Assembly (NCBI GenBank): GCA_043228905.1
Contig: JBHGNT010000011.1
Coordinates: 8,494,001-8,558,000, forward strand
Direction: 5' to 3'
DNA from: Azolla caroliniana
Taxonomy: Eukaryota > Plantae > Polypodiophyta
Length of the DNA: 64,000 nucleotides
Position numbers and translations under genes: made by a program. The notes beneath the pieces are model-generated. The model was not told the origin of the DNA and did not search any database. It worked only from the letters and a program-made list of their open reading frames with translations. Of this stretch, positions 31,825-42,859 are shown one piece after another. The stretch's first letter is position 1, and the number at the start of each line of letters is the position of its first letter.

Positions 31825-34821
31825 CTATCCGGTTTCCACTGGTTGTGTCCTTTCCTCCCCGGATTCGGTACTTCTCTGTCTCCACTCTGCATCATCCCCG
31901 GCATCAACCTGTTCTTGCTCCGGAAGTTCTTCCTCGGGTAATTCTTGTCGGGGTGCATTGTTGGTTGGGTCCTCTTCAGCCGGTCGCTCGCCCTCACTGA
32001 CGGAGATCGGCGTTGTGTGTCCCTCGGCTTCCTGTCGCAGTCGGTCCTTCTCGTACCCTTCCAATTCTAGTTGGGTTTCGAGCTGCCCGTCATCCAACCT
32101 CTCTACTAACCCTCGGATTTCCTTGAGATGCTCTTCTGCTAGAGCATAGAAATCCTCCGACAATTCTTCCCGGATGTTGACGATACTTTCTTCGTCCATT
32201 TTATAGAACCCATCTCCGGTTTTCTTCCGATTTTCTGCATCAGCTCGGAGTGTCTGCAGTTCAGCTGCCTGTTGTGCCCATTCCCTCCAGAGTTTCTCCG
32301 TGCTTTCATTTATGCTGGCCTGAGCTCGGGTACTCCAACTTGACATGATGAACTTAATTCGGTCAACCCCTGCTTTAGCCTGTTCCGAAGCTGCTTGTTT
32401 TTCCTTCCTTATCCGTTTGATGATGTCGGCCATTAACTGAGCTTGAGCTTCAGAGTCGGCTTTTTGCTTGTCACAGGTACTCCGCCATTTGTTGATTTCG
32501 AAAGTCGACTTCACTTTTTCCTCGTTCCTGCTCTTTGTCAGCTCCCCTACTTTCTGCCGAAGTACTTCCATCTCCTTTCTTTGTTCCGACGTCAAGGTCT
32601 TCTCCGTCGATACTTCCTCCCTCGCTTTGGACAATTCCAAGCGGTTTTCCTTGAGCTGCTCTTTCAGCTTCTCTATCTGTCGGTCGTACGTTGTTGCCTG
32701 ATTCTTGATGTCCGACGTGGCCTGTTTATAATCCTTACATAGTCGGTCGAATTCCTCCGTCTTCTGTTTTAGGCGTCGGTTCGCCTGAGCTCGCAACTGA
32801 TCATCCCGGTCCTTTTGTTGTCGGAGTTCCTCTCGCAACCGCTCAATTTCCTGCTCCATTCGTCGACGCAGCCTATCTTTTTCCTTTTGCAGTGTCCCGT
32901 TTTCTTCTTGTAGTCGGTCATTGGTGGCTTTGCTTCGGCGAAGGCCTTCCTCCATTCGCCGTCTGTCGTCTTCTACCAACTTCCGCTGCTCTCTTTCGTT
33001 ATCTCTCAATGCCTCCTGAGCCTGTAATTCTTCTTTCAAAGTTGCTATTAACTTCTCGGTCTCAGGGCCGGTTTGCAAGGCCTTCTCCATTTCTGGTTCG
33101 GCTTGCTTTTCTGATGTCCCGACCGGCTCGGTGCCATCTTGTGCTTGTCGGCTGCCTTCTTTTGCCTGTGCTAGCTCTTCTTGCAGCTCATGTAATTGTG
33201 CCCGGAGCATGACCATATCCTTAGTCGTCGTCCTAGTCACTTCTTCCCTTTGCTCCTCCTCTTTCTCCATCTGGTCTGCTACTCCCGACAACTGCCCTGA
33301 CAACCACCTTAGCCATTGTGCCTTTGTTCTGCCTTCGTTGGTGTCAGCAGGCGTGCCTAGCTCCGGCTGTTTTTCCGGCTGTTTCTCCGGCCTCTTCTCT
33401 TGTTCCGGCGCTTGTTCCTTTCTTTGTTCTTCGAACTCCGCCGCCGTCGGTTCCGGTACTGCCGTCTTTGGTGCAGACGGACCTTCATCCTGTGTCGCTT
33501 CTGTTCCGGTTACTGGAGGCGGTTCTTTTGCCCGTTGCTGACTTCCGTCCGCTGTTGGGGTCGGTCTTGTCGCTCGTTTCTCCTTTCCTTGCCTGGGTGG
33601 TAGTATTAACATCGGTTCGGATGAGTCTTCCTCTGTTTCAGCGTCCTCCGTCGGTGCGACTATTGGTTCCTTTACTGGTACCGGTTCCGATTCGAGCGTT
33701 ACTGGTTCGGTGTCGGTTTGCCTCTTGCTGGTCTTCTTCGCCAGCTTCTCCTTGCCTTTTTCCGCCTTTTTCTTCTTCGTTGTCGGTTGCTGTTGCTGTT
33801 TCTGTGGCTGCCGTGATGAGCCTTCCTCCCGTTGCTGTCGGGAGGAGTCTTCTTCCCGCGGTTGTCGAGATGAACCTTCTTTCCGCAACTGTCGGGATGA
33901 TCCCTCTTCCGGCGGCCGTCGGGATGATCCTTCTTCCCGCGGCGCTTCTTCTTCCTGTGTCCATCCTGGAGTGTGTTTCTCTAGGATTCGTCGGCGCTTC
34001 ATGGTTTGCTTCGGCGTAGTCTCCTGCCGACTTCTTTGCTTGTGCTTGAGGGGGGACACCGGTGGGACCAACACTGTTAACCATTGGGATATTCCGGCCC
34101 ATGGCTTCTTCCCTTCCACCAAGTGCTTGATCGCCTCTTTCAGTCCTTCGGTGATGAAGTGGAGCCAGTCCACCTGCAGGCCTTCGAATGTCGCGATGAC
34201 TATCGCTGCTCGGTATTTGGCTATGGCTGGCGGCCGAGGGTTCACGAACCCATACTCCATCAGGGCGCGGGCCACCTCTCCGAACAGCAGGTTCTCTCCG
34301 CCCTGTGTGCGATACGCCTTGCTGCTAAGGGAGTATTCGCCGAAATACTCGAAGAATATTTGGCTCGAGGGTAGCTCTATCGTCTGAAGTCCTCCCTCCG
34401 AAATCCCTGTGAGCGCTTGTACCGCTCCTTCGGTGACTTCTGCTAAGTCCACCGCTGTTGCCGCCTGCTCTGGTTCCTTGTGTGGTGGAGCGTCAGCGGC
34501 CCGCAGCAGCCCTCCTAATCCGTTCTCCGTCAGCCATTGTCGCGCTCCGTCCGACAGTGCCATCGCTTCTTCTTCGTCTGCTGCTGCCTGTGGTCTGAGG
34601 TCGGGGTGTAGGTGTTCTGCGCGTCGGATCTTGCTGTCTTGAGCCTGCGTTTGCTTGTGGGAAAATTCGTAAAAAGTGAACCCTTCTCCGGTTCTTCCTT
34701 TATATAGTGCCGTTTCCCTCGAGCCGCCTTTTCCTGTTTTTCGCGCGTGCGTATCTTCTGCCATAATTAGCATGTCACTTTTTAATTTTGGCGTCTGCAC
34801 GTCCTCTGCCTCGAATAGCAT
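31825..34821 (-). CDS. Extra ORF of element E (998 aa): small globular N-terminal domain, repeats and long coiled coil; function unknown
   Basis: Open 3-kb frame between pol and the 3' LTR in sense orientation; E/K/R/Q-rich heptads; frame continues past the TAG to 31621; true start may be ATG 34563. Confidence 0.85.
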   Translation of the reverse strand: MLFEAEDVQTPKLKSDMLIMAEDTHARKTGKGGSRETALYKGRTGEGFTFYEFSHKQTQAQDSKIRRAEHLHPDLRPQAAADEEEAMALSDGARQWLTENGLGGLLRAADAPPHKEPEQAATAVDLAEVTEGAVQALTGISEGGLQTIELPSSQIFFEYFGEYSLSSKAYRTQGGENLLFGEVARALMEYGFVNPRPPAIAKYRAAIVIATFEGLQVDWLHFITEGLKEAIKHLVEGKKPWAGISQWLTVLVPPVSPLKHKQRSRQETTPKQTMKRRRILEKHTPGWTQEEEAPREEGSSRRPPEEGSSRQLRKEGSSRQPREEDSSRQQREEGSSRQPQKQQQQPTTKKKKAEKGKEKLAKKTSKRQTDTEPVTLESEPVPVKEPIVAPTEDAETEEDSSEPMLILPPRQGKEKRATRPTPTADGSQQRAKEPPPVTGTEATQDEGPSAPKTAVPEPTAAEFEEQRKEQAPEQEKRPEKQPEKQPELGTPADTNEGRTKAQWLRWLSGQLSGVADQMEKEEEQREEVTRTTTKDMVMLRAQLHELQEELAQAKEGSRQAQDGTEPVGTSEKQAEPEMEKALQTGPETEKLIATLKEELQAQEALRDNEREQRKLVEDDRRRMEEGLRRSKATNDRLQEENGTLQKEKDRLRRRMEQEIERLREELRQQKDRDDQLRAQANRRLKQKTEEFDRLCKDYKQATSDIKNQATTYDRQIEKLKEQLKENRLELSKAREEVSTEKTLTSEQRKEMEVLRQKVGELTKSRNEEKVKSTFEINKWRSTCDKQKADSEAQAQLMADIIKRIRKEKQAASEQAKAGVDRIKFIMSSWSTRAQASINESTEKLWREWAQQAAELQTLRADAENRKKTGDGFYKMDEESIVNIREELSEDFYALAEEHLKEIRGLVERLDDGQLETQLELEGYEKDRLRQEAEGHTTPISVSEGERPAEEDPTNNAPRQELPEEELPEQEQVDAGDDAEWRQRSTESGEERTQPVETG
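33795..33945 (-). repeat. 27-bp coding tandem repeat (EEGSSRQxR x5)
   Basis: EEGSSRRPP EEGSSRQLR KEGSSRQPR EEDSSRQQR EEGSSRQPQ. Confidence 0.85.
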
Positions 34822-35107
34822 GTCCTATTTTTGGCGCCTGCGCATGCTCTGTCATGAATAGCATGTCTGTCCTTTGCTGCCGCGTGTCAGGCTTGCGCTT
34901 CTTTGCCGCGTGTGTCGAATCTCCTACGTGTCTGTCATTATGACTCCTTGATTGCCGCACGTTTTAATTCCTGTACATCGGCCCCCCACGTTCTGTGCTT
35001 TAAATAGCTCGTGCACCCGTGTGACGGTTGTAACTACTTCCTTCATCATTACCATGATTTTCTTGATCTTCTTGTCTTGAATTTTCTACCCGTAGCACCA
35101 CGTCATT

Positions 35108-35109
<2 letters not shown>

Positions 35110-35143
<34 letters not shown>
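35110..35143 (-). repeat. A34 homopolymer just after the pol stop of element E
   Basis: 34 T on the plus strand. Confidence 0.95.
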
Positions 35144-35147
<4 letters not shown>

Positions 35148-35159
35148 ACATGTGCCGCA

Positions 35160-38100
35160 TCATTGTTCGGTTCCCCCCGATGTGTTCGGGTCGGTGCGCA
35201 CTGTTGTCGGTTCCTCGTCGTTGTTACGCGTCGGTGTCGGCTCCTCGGTCCTCCGGATCTGTGTCGGTTCCTCGCCATTCGGGATTTCCGGGTCTTGCTT
35301 GAAGGGGTTAGCTGGCATGTGCCCCTTATACGGTTTTAGGCGAAACCCATTTGCCCATTTGCCCACAACTTCTCCTGACAATGTCCCGAGCTGGTAAGAC
35401 CCATTGTACTCCTTTGTGATCCAGAATGGTCCAGTCCACCGAAATCGCAATTTCCCTGGCATGCTCCCCATCCTTGTCTGGAACAGTAATACAGGTTTCC
35501 CGACCTCGAATTCCTTTTCGTTACCGCGCCGGTGTCGGTCTACAAAGGCTTTCCTCCTCCTTTGCTCTAGTTCTAGCTGTAGCAGGCTGGCTATTCGATT
35601 TTCTTCTAGTTCCAACAGCATCTCCAGCCGGATTCGTTCGGATTCCTTCTCGCTTAACCGCTCCTTAACCTGTATTCTTAAGCTAGGAATTTGGAATTCT
35701 ACTGGCATGACTGCTTCCAAGCCGAATGCCAGTCGGAACGGGGTTGTCCGGATGCTAGTCTTGTACGTCGTTCGGTACGCCCACAGCACGCTCTGCAACT
35801 TCGTGTCCTAGTCGGTCCGGTTCTCATTGACGATTTTTCTAAGGATGTTCTGTAGCGTTTTGTTCGTTGATTCCGCTAATCCGTTGGCTTGAGGGTAGTA
35901 GGGAGTGCTTCGTTTGTGTACTACCGCATAGAATGATGTCAAACTTTCCACCACCTGCCCGAGGAAATGTCCTCCCTGGTCACTGATCAGCTCAATCGGG
36001 CATCCGTACCGACACCATATGCATTCATATAAAAATTTGGCCGTGGACGCCGCCGTGTTGTCCCGTAATGCCTTTGCTTCTACCCATTTCGTGCAGTAGT
36101 CGGTAGCTACTATTATATACCGATTTCCGGTCCGCATTGCCGGTGGCTTGAATGGACCGACAAAGTCCAAGCCCCACTTTTGGAATGGTTCTAATGGCAA
36201 GACCGGGTGATGTGGCATCCGGGCCTGCTCCGTGGGTTGGCCCAGTCGTTGACACAGGTCGCATTCCCTGCTATACTTAACGGCATCTCTCATGGTAGTC
36301 GGCCACCATAGTCCGCTCTGCCATATCTTCCGGGCTGTTGTTTCGCCGGCATAATGCCCGCCTGCAATTCCACAGTGGGCTTCCCTCAGGATCAGATCCT
36401 TTTCATCGCTCCGCACTGCTCGCCTCCATACGCCATCTGCCCCCTTGTGATAGAGGGTGTCTCCTACCAAGCAGAAATGTCTGCTCCGTACTGCCATCCT
36501 TTTCCGTTCGTCTCGGTCCAGGTTTTCCGGGGGAACTCCGGTGCTCAGGAACTGATGCATTTCGGTTAACCATTTGTCTTCGTCCGCTACTGTGGCCTCC
36601 GTTGCCGGTGCTGTCGTGACCCTAAACAGCTCGGCGTCGGGAAATTCGTCCTGTACGCCGTCCCCTGATTCTCCGGATTCTAGTCTGCTCAGGTAGTCTG
36701 CTACCGCATGCTGCACCCCGGGTCGGTGGAAAATGTCGAATTCGAATTCCTGTAATAGCAGCGTCCACCGTGCGAGTTTTCCTGTCAGGGCTGCCTTTGA
36801 GACCAGGTAGAGTAGTGCCGAGTGGTCAACGTGGAAGGAGAACTTTCGTCCGAGCAGATAGTGCCTGTACTTTGTGACACTCTACACCATTCCTAATGCC
36901 TCTCGTTCCGTTGTAGAGTAGTTCCGTTCGGCTTTCGAGAGTTTCCTGCTTGCGTAGTACACCGGCCGATACCATTTCGGTTCCGTGAGTTGCATCAAAA
37001 CGCTGCCGATTGCTACGTCCGACGCGTCGACGAAGACGTGAAAGCTTTTACTCCAGTCCGGCGGCTGCACCACCGGAGCTTGTGACAGCATTACCTTCAA
37101 CGCTTGGTAGGCTTTCTCCTCCGTTTCTGTCCATTGGAAAGGTACTCTATGTACAGCAGCGTGCAATGGTGTAGCAAAGTCGGCAAGGTGCCGTATCATC
37201 CGACTATGCCACCTTATTTGACCAAGGAATCGGCTTAAAGCCTTTGCGCTATTCGGTGCCGGTGCGTCGAGAATTGCTTTTACCTTATCCGGATCTACCG
37301 CGATTCCTTCCCGACTCACCACGTGGCCTAACAAGTTGCCGCTTGCGACTCCAAAGACGCACTTAGCCGGGTTCAGACTTAATCGGTACTCGCGGCACTT
37401 TTCTAAGCATAGTCGTAGGTGATCGAGATGCTCTCCGTGTCGGCTGTAGACGGCGAAATCGTCTAGGAAGACCTGCATAAAACCGGGAATAAAATCACCG
37501 AAGATTTCCATAATTATCCTTTGAAATGTTGCAGGGGCTGTCTTTAATCCGAACATCATCACGACCGCGACGAACACTCCCCATTCCGTCACGAACGCTG
37601 TTTTCTCTTGGTCGGCCGGGTTCATTCGGATTTGGTTGTAGCCGCTGAATCCATCCAGGAAGCTGTAAACTTCGTGGCCGGCCACCGCATCTAGCACTCC
37701 GTCCGTGAATGGTAGTGGAAAAGCGTCGGTCACTGTCGCGGCATTTAGTTTCCTGTAGTCCACACATACCCGGATTTTGCCGTTCTTTTTCGGGACCACC
37801 ACTATCGGGCTTAGCCAGGTTGCCTGCTTGACTGGTCGGATAAATCCGACCCGGAGAAGCTTGTCAATTTCCTCCTTCACCTTTGCCGCATAGTTTGGAT
37901 TCATCCGGTACCGACGTTGAGCGATGGGTTTCGCGTCAGTACTTAGATGAATTTGGTGCTGGTAGAGCTGGGGGTCCAACCCTCGCATGTCTTCGTATGA
38001 CCATGCGAACACGTCCTTGAAATCTGTTAACAGTGCTACCATTGCCTGTTTTTCCTCCTTCGGCAATTCCTTCGCGACTTTTACCGGTCGGGGTTGTTCT

Positions 38101-40934
38101 GTTGTGCCGAGGTCCACCTCTTCCAGCTGGGATGCTTTCACCCTTTGGGATATCGTCATTTCTCTTTCTAGGGCTTCCTGTGCTTGGCGTAGTTCCCGGA
38201 TCGCCACTTTGTCCGGCTCGTCTGGCATTGTGATGTACGGCTCTACTGCTGCCGTGATATCCACCTCAAAAAGTGGGACGATCTGTGGGTGTTCCTCGAG
38301 GTACCGATCAACTTCCTCATCCGGTAAGCCCTCCAACATGTTGATGCTTTCGGCGTATAAAGGGGTTGCCTCCTTGCTAGTGAGCACCCGTGGTTGCGTG
38401 GCTACCCGTACCTTTGTTTTCCCTCGTCGGAACGTGATCATATTCTTTTGCCAGTTTTGCTTGATATGCGCCGTTCGCAGCCATGGTCGTCCTAACAGTA
38501 GGGGATATGCGCCTTGTACATTCAGCTCTAGTACCACGGCCGATATCCGGAATACGTGGCCTCCTATTGTTACTTCCAAGTCCCGGATAAGACCGGTTGG
38601 TCGGACTGAGCTTGTATCCGCCATGCGTAACCAGAAGGGGCATGGTTCCCACTCCTGGATGCCTAGGTCGTCGCATGTCTGTCGACTAATGACGTTCACC
38701 CTGGAGCCTCCGTCAATAATTGTTCCTGGAATCTCCTTTCCTTTGACGATTGTCGTGATTGCTGGGCTACTGGTATCGACCACCGCTGGGCCTTCCTCCG
38801 GGTTGGAGAAAAATGCCGGTGCTGGTGTCGGCGTCGGTTTGCTCACGGCGGCTTGTAAGTCTGCTGTAAACCGCGGCACCAACTGCAGTAACCGTGCCAA
38901 CGGCAGCACGATCTGACAATCTTGTAGTGCTTGCCATGTCGGGTTTTCTCCTGGCTGTGCGATTTCCTCATTCTTTGGCATATTTTGGTCTCTTACTTCC
39001 GCCGCACCTTGTTCGTTGGCTTCTTTGATCCATTGTGCCGCTTGTTTTCTGATTGCTTCCTGGGCTTCCCATTCGGCGGCCTTCCCCTTCGACCGCGTGG
39101 TAACCTGCTGTACTTCGGCTGTCACCATGTTGACTGTTGGCTGCTTGTCGGCTGTTTTGCTTGGGCATTGATTACTGTAATGCCCTTCTTTTCGGCAGTA
39201 ATAACAGTACACCCTGTGCGTGTTGCTGGATTCTCCTTTTTCCCATGTTTGGGGAAGGGGCATTCCCCGGCGGTTGTCCTCGGTTTTTCGGTTCTCCGGT
39301 GCCGCTACTGGTTTGTCATTCCTTGTTGCCTCCCGACGCTCCTCTCTACGGAAAAATCCCCGCCTTTGGTTCCGTCGGAAATTCCGGTTCCCTGGCCGCC
39401 TGTCTTCTCTGCGTCGCTCGTATTCCGGGGATTCGTCTCGGTCGTACCGGTCCCGGGGGTAGCTATCCCTGCGGTTCTCCTCTCGGTCATAGCTGTCGCG
39501 TCTTCTATCAGGGTATCTGTCGCCGCGTTCTCGTCGGTAGCGGTCGTCCCTCCGGAATCGATCCTCTTCCGGGTCCCGATTGCGCGGTTCTATGTGTCGG
39601 ACCGGTGCCGCTTGTCGAGTTAATAGGTTATACTCGCATCGGTTTGTTGTGTGGGCGCGAGAATTGCATATCATGCACTGTGCACGCAGGGTGCAGTCGA
39701 CGGCTGAGTGCCCCGAATTTAGGCATGTTGTGCATTGTAGGGCTTGTCGGAACCGGAGGTCCTCCTCCTTCGGAAGCGCCTGGTGTAACGCCCCCATCGG
39801 CAAGAAGGGGCTCGTGTTGTCCATTTCCAGGACCCGATCAATGACTTGGTCCATTGTGCTGGTGCTGAAATCGAGGATTCCACACATCGCTCGAAGTGGG
39901 TCTTTTAACGCAGCCAAAAAGACTGCCTTGGCCTCCTCTTCGGGTGGTGCTCTTGCTAATTGACTGTGCAAGGTCTGGAAACGAATGATAAATTGTGGGA
40001 CCGTCTCGTTTTCTCCCTGCTGAGTGGTGTAGAATTGTCCGACCAATTCCCTTTGTTCCACTCGTCTATGAAACAGGCGTAAAAACTGGGTTTTCAATGC
40101 CTCGAACGTGGCGAAGCTGCCTGGTAAGTGCTTTGCGTGCCACCGGGCCGCCGGTCCTTCTAATGTCATGCCGAATTCGGCGACTTTGGATCGGTCGGCC
40201 TCGGGCTCCGTCAGTCTCTGGGACACGTGGTTGGCTTCCCATGTTCGCAGGAATGCATACACATGTGCCTCTCCGTCGGGCTCATCCCGATACTTTGGGT
40301 ACGGATACGGCATCGTGTCGTCCCACTGATTCTCCTGCGCTGGTTCCTCCGAAGTCGGTCTCCGCTCCTGCGGTTCCTCCGCAGGTGGTGTTGGTATCCG
40401 CTCCTGCGGTTCCTCCGCGGGTGGTGTTGATAACCGCTCCTGCGGTTCCTCCGCGGGTGGTGTTGATAACCGCTCCTGCGGTTCCTCCGCGGGTGGTGTT
40501 GGTATCCGCTCCTCCCTCCTCGGCGATTGCCGGTCACCGAACTCCAGAGTTATTTCCTCCTCTGGCTCCGATGTTGCTGAGTGATCCGACTCAAAGGGGT
40601 TGTTCTCGTGGCTGCTTTTATAGCGGGATCCCACGCTTTCCCCGCTATCCGAATCCGCCTCTAATGTTGCAAATGCCGCTGCGTCCCCGTCGCCGCCGGC
40701 GAGAGTCTGTAGTAGTGTCTCCGCTTCTTGGAGGCTGGTTATGCTACTGCCTTCGTCGGAAGCTTGTAGAACCTGGAACTGCAGTGCTTCTTCTGCGATT
40801 TGCCGAAGCGTTTTTGAGAATGACCGATCGCGCCGGATCTCGTCGACGGCTTGCTGCAGGGCTTCCCGTCGTCGCTGCCGTTCGGCGTGGCGTCTCCCTC
40901 TTTCGGTGATGTGGTCGTTATTTTGTCTAGACAT
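35160..40934 (-). pseudogene. Element E single-frame gag-pol with two in-frame TAG stops (36882, 35808)
   Basis: ORFs 36882-41018, 35808-36716 and 35160-35798 share one frame; three CCHC knuckles, IIDGGS protease, FLDD RT, FVDAS RNase H, integrase with GPF motif. Confidence 0.93.
40345..40512 (-). repeat. 33-bp coding tandem repeat (TPPAEEPQERx, 4-5 copies) in the N-terminal extension of gag
   Basis: GCTCCTGCGGTTCCTCCGCGGGTGGTGTTG.TA repeated. Confidence 0.9.
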
Positions 40935-40968
40935 CCATCCCCCGGTTGTCCTCTGCACTCTACAGGAA

Positions 40969-40980
40969 TCGTGGTCGCCA
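40969..40980 (-). promoter_or_regulatory. Primer-binding site of element E, probably tRNA-Arg(UCG)
   Basis: TGGCGACCACGA 6 nt after the 5' LTR. Confidence 0.75.
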
Positions 40981-40986
40981 AAATAG

Positions 40987-41357
40987 TGTTGTATGTATGG
41001 CTGGACTAGCCGCAACACAGGTGTCTATCCGACACTTCTCCAAAGGGGTGGTAGGGATAGGATGTTAATACACGCGTATGATAATTACACTTAAGCACAG
41101 ACGAAGACAAGATTAATAAGCATAAGCAAAACTATATTAATTCTTCGCCACTTCATTACAAAACATCGGATCCTTTTATAGGCATCCGGCCAGATTACAA
41201 TCGGTGCTCGGTAGGCAACCGTTAACCGAAACCGAATCGGTTCGGATCCGGATCGGTTACAACTACCGGATCCGTCCCTCCTAATAATTCTATTCCTATT
41301 TCTATATTTATCCGATCCGACCTTGCTTTCCCATTTGCCTTCTCTGACCGGCCAACA
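40987..41357 (-). repeat. 5' LTR of element E
   Basis: Direct repeat of 31200-31570. Confidence 0.95.
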
Positions 41358-41362
41358 AGATC

Positions 41363-42424
41363 TGCCGGTCTCGAAGGGGTTCGATGCTATCCTAACCGTC
41401 GTCGATCGATATACGAAGATGGCACATTTTGTCCCATGTACTAAAGCCATCACTAGCGAGGAAACCGCCGCTCTTGTTATGCGTGAGGTATTTCGGCATC
41501 ATGGCCTCCCAGACAGTATTATCAGTGACCGAGGCCCGCAATTTGTCTCCAAATTTTGGCAGCATCTCTTCAGGATGCTCAAGGTCTCCTGCAACCTCTC
41601 CTCCGACTACCATCCTCAGACCGACGGGCAGACGGAACGAACAAACCAAACGCTTGAGCAATATCTCCGGTGTTTCCTGAGTTATCAACAGGACGATTGG
41701 GCCGAGATTCTCCACTTTGCGGAGTTTGCGTATAATAATGCTATTCACTCCTCGACTCGGGTCTCCCCATTTTTCGCTTATACTGGTTTCCATCCTCGTT
41801 GGTCGGTGATCGATACTCCGGAGCTACCTACCAACCCTCGTGCCGAGGATCATTTGGAGAGGTTACGCAAGATCCAGATGGATCTCTCTACTCACCTTCT
41901 TCATGCTCAACACACAGAAGACTTATGCGAATCGTCATCGGATTCCCTCCTCTTTTGGCATCGGAGATCGAGTATGGCTCTTACGTCGTCACATCAAGAC
42001 TACTCGACCGTGCGACAAGTTGGATTATCGACGACTCGGTCCCTTCCGTATTACGGGTAAGATTAATGATGTCACCTTCCGCCTTGATCTCCCTCCGCAG
42101 CTTCAGATACATCCGGTTTTCCATTGTTCTCTTCTTGAACCTTATAAAGCCAACACCATTCCCGATCGTGTGACACCACCGCCGCCCCCGCTGGAGTTGG
42201 ACGTCGGCCCGGAGTATGAAGTTGCTGCCATCCTCGATTCCAAACTTGTTCGCAACAAACTTTATTACTTGGTCGATTGGCTCGGTTATAGTCCGAGCGA
42301 ACGTACTTGGGAACCCGTCGAGCATGTTGCCAATGCACAGGATCTTCTTGCTGATTTCCACCGAAAGTATCCGGACAAACCCGGTCCGCAATTAGTGCCG
42401 ACTCATTCCACTCGTCATCTTTAA
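41363..42424 (+). pseudogene. pol: Element F integrase core, GPF motif and chromodomain (one frameshift near 41910)
   Basis: DFITD|LPVSKGFD continuity across E; ISDRGPQF, HPQTDGQTER, LGPF, chromodomain. Confidence 0.9.
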
Positions 42425-42435
42425 GGGGGAGATAG

Positions 42436-42859
42436 TGTCATGATATGGCAAGACTCGAACCCATGACCTTATGCTACATGGGTCGAGCTCTTACCATTAG
42501 ACTATGAATTGTAATTTGTAGGATATTATTTTCATTTATGCTTTATCATAGAAAATTGATGTATATTCCAGATCTCTCTGGAACATTCTAGAAGCTTCAG
42601 GATTATTCCTAAAAACACTATAAAAGGAGGCACAAGGCATTGTTTTGAACCAAATTGGTTCAACACCAGTCTTAAGCCTCTTAGCCGATTTGTACTTATC
42701 TTTCATATAATATAAGAGTTGTTGTCATCATCCTATCTCTCTCTCTCCTCTTCTCACTTCCTCTCTCTCGGGAATCTTACGCAGTCCCGTCCTCTTAGTA
42801 CTAATAGTACTACTCTTCTTAGTACTAATTCCATCTCTGTTTTAGTACTATTCCTGACA
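42436..42859 (+). repeat. 3' LTR of element F, with antisense tRNA-like A/B boxes
   Basis: TGTCATGA...TCCTGACA after the PPT; TATAAAA at 42619. Confidence 0.85.

Larger units (their letters stand above)
31200..41357 (-). mobile_element. Element E: young full-length Athila-like (non-chromovirus) Gypsy with extra 3' ORF
   Basis: 371-bp LTRs 31200-31570 and 40987-41357 (1 difference seen), TSD AGATC (31195-31199, 41358-41362), PBS 40969-40980. Confidence 0.96.
28751..42859 (+). mobile_element. Element F: Tcn1-like chromovirus, 5'-truncated, interrupted by E
   Basis: gag tail, protease ALLDSGA, PPWGPIYNLSPTEL, YLDD RT, RNase H, integrase, chromodomain (EYEVAAILDS...YLVDWLGY...TWEP), PPT AAGGGGGAGA, 3' LTR 42436-42859. 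Confidence 0.9.

Noticed and set aside
31825-36884. Three in-frame TAG stops in element E as programmed readthrough
   Set aside because: Two replace conserved residues (Tyr, Trp) inside RNase H and integrase, and there is no CARYYA readthrough context; ordinary nonsense mutations are more likely
37987-40909. Long plus-strand ORFs antisense to E gag-pol
   Set aside because: Shadow frames of a GC-rich coding sequence with no domain motifs
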